Source of the DNA: Methanomassiliicoccaceae archaeon
Lineage (GTDB): Archaea > Thermoplasmatota > Thermoplasmata > Methanomassiliicoccales > Methanomassiliicoccaceae
Direction of reading: 5' to 3'
Assembly (NCBI GenBank): GCA_963728405.1
Contig: CAVSJV010000013.1
Span: 119,717 to 183,716 of the forward strand
Length of the DNA: 64,000 bases
Part shown: positions 63,627 to 64,000 of the stretch, in pieces
Numbering within the stretch: position 1 is the stretch's first letter
Layout: the number at the start of each line of letters is the position of its first letter
The notes under the pieces: generated by a model
Database searches by the model: none
Told to the model about the DNA's origin: nothing
What the model saw: only the letters and a program-made list of their open reading frames with translations
Translations under genes and position numbers: made by a program

Positions 63627-64000
63627 ATGGCTGAAAATACTGATCGGTACCTGGAAAAATTAAGAAAAAGGGCTGAGAATGCTCTCGACGAGCGCCAGGT
63701 GAAGGGGGGCGATGTCACCCATGAAGAGGTCCAGGAGGTCTTTCACGAACTACAGGTCTACCAGACCGAGCTGGAGCTGCAGAACGAGAGCCTCCAGAAG
63801 ACGAAAGCTAACCTCGATGAGTCGAGAAAGAAGTACTTTGACCTGTTCAACCTGGCCCCTATAGGCTACTTGACCATCAGCCAGGATTCTGTCATTCAGG
63901 AAGCCAATCTTACTTTTTTGAATATGGTCGGTTCGGATGTCAAAGGGGTCCTGAAGAAGAAGATCTCATCGTTCGTCACGACCGACTCCCAGGACGCCCT
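63627..64000 (+). CDS. PAS sensor protein N-terminus, truncated by window
   Basis: HELQVYQTELELQNESL…KYFDLFNLAPIGYLT, paralogous to the 34387 kinase N-terminus. Confidence 0.85.
   Translation, partial: MAENTDRYLEKLRKRAENALDERQVKGGDVTHEEVQEVFHELQVYQTELELQNESLQKTKANLDESRKKYFDLFNLAPIGYLTISQDSVIQEANLTFLNMVGSDVKGVLKKKISSFVTTDSQDA

Noticed and set aside
1-64000. CRISPR array or IS transposase
   Set aside because: No regularly spaced short repeats and no cas or transposase ORFs seen; the att-like repeats are hundreds to thousands of bases apart.

Overview
Archaeal DNA, most likely Thermoplasmata/Methanomassiliicoccales (inferred from trmY, srp54, hmgA, the CoaD-YjjX fusion, a GvpD/KaiC-like ATPase and archaeal TATA promoters). 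A housekeeping core (about 7.2-31.1 kb) is bracketed by two outward-pointing tRNA genes, tRNA-Ile(GAT) on - and tRNA-Ala(CGC) on +. Downstream of each tRNA lies a patchwork accessory region (1-7.2 kb and 31.1-64 kb). The main signal is that these regions are cut into 0.3-7 kb blocks by repeated recombination-site-like motifs built on tRNA 3' ends: AGCCAGA-N7-GTGGGCAGAA-ATCCCG-CTCTGTCCAC-N7-TCTGGCT and variants. The sites accompany only C-terminal stumps of tyrosine integrases, and the cargo is of mixed origin (alphaproteobacterial-like rluB, sulfatase, ABC exporter, five paralogous PAS-kinase/receiver modules). This looks like a tRNA-anchored cassette array. A second, 101-bp tRNA-3'-half-like direct repeat bounds a 7.3-kb block. 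The core contains a candidate stand-alone ~75-nt hairpin sRNA beside a GvpD/KaiC-like ATPase and two wHTH regulators, plus several unannotated small proteins. Many frameshifts, including one in essential pheT, indicate indel sequencing errors, so pseudogene calls based on a single frameshift are tentative.
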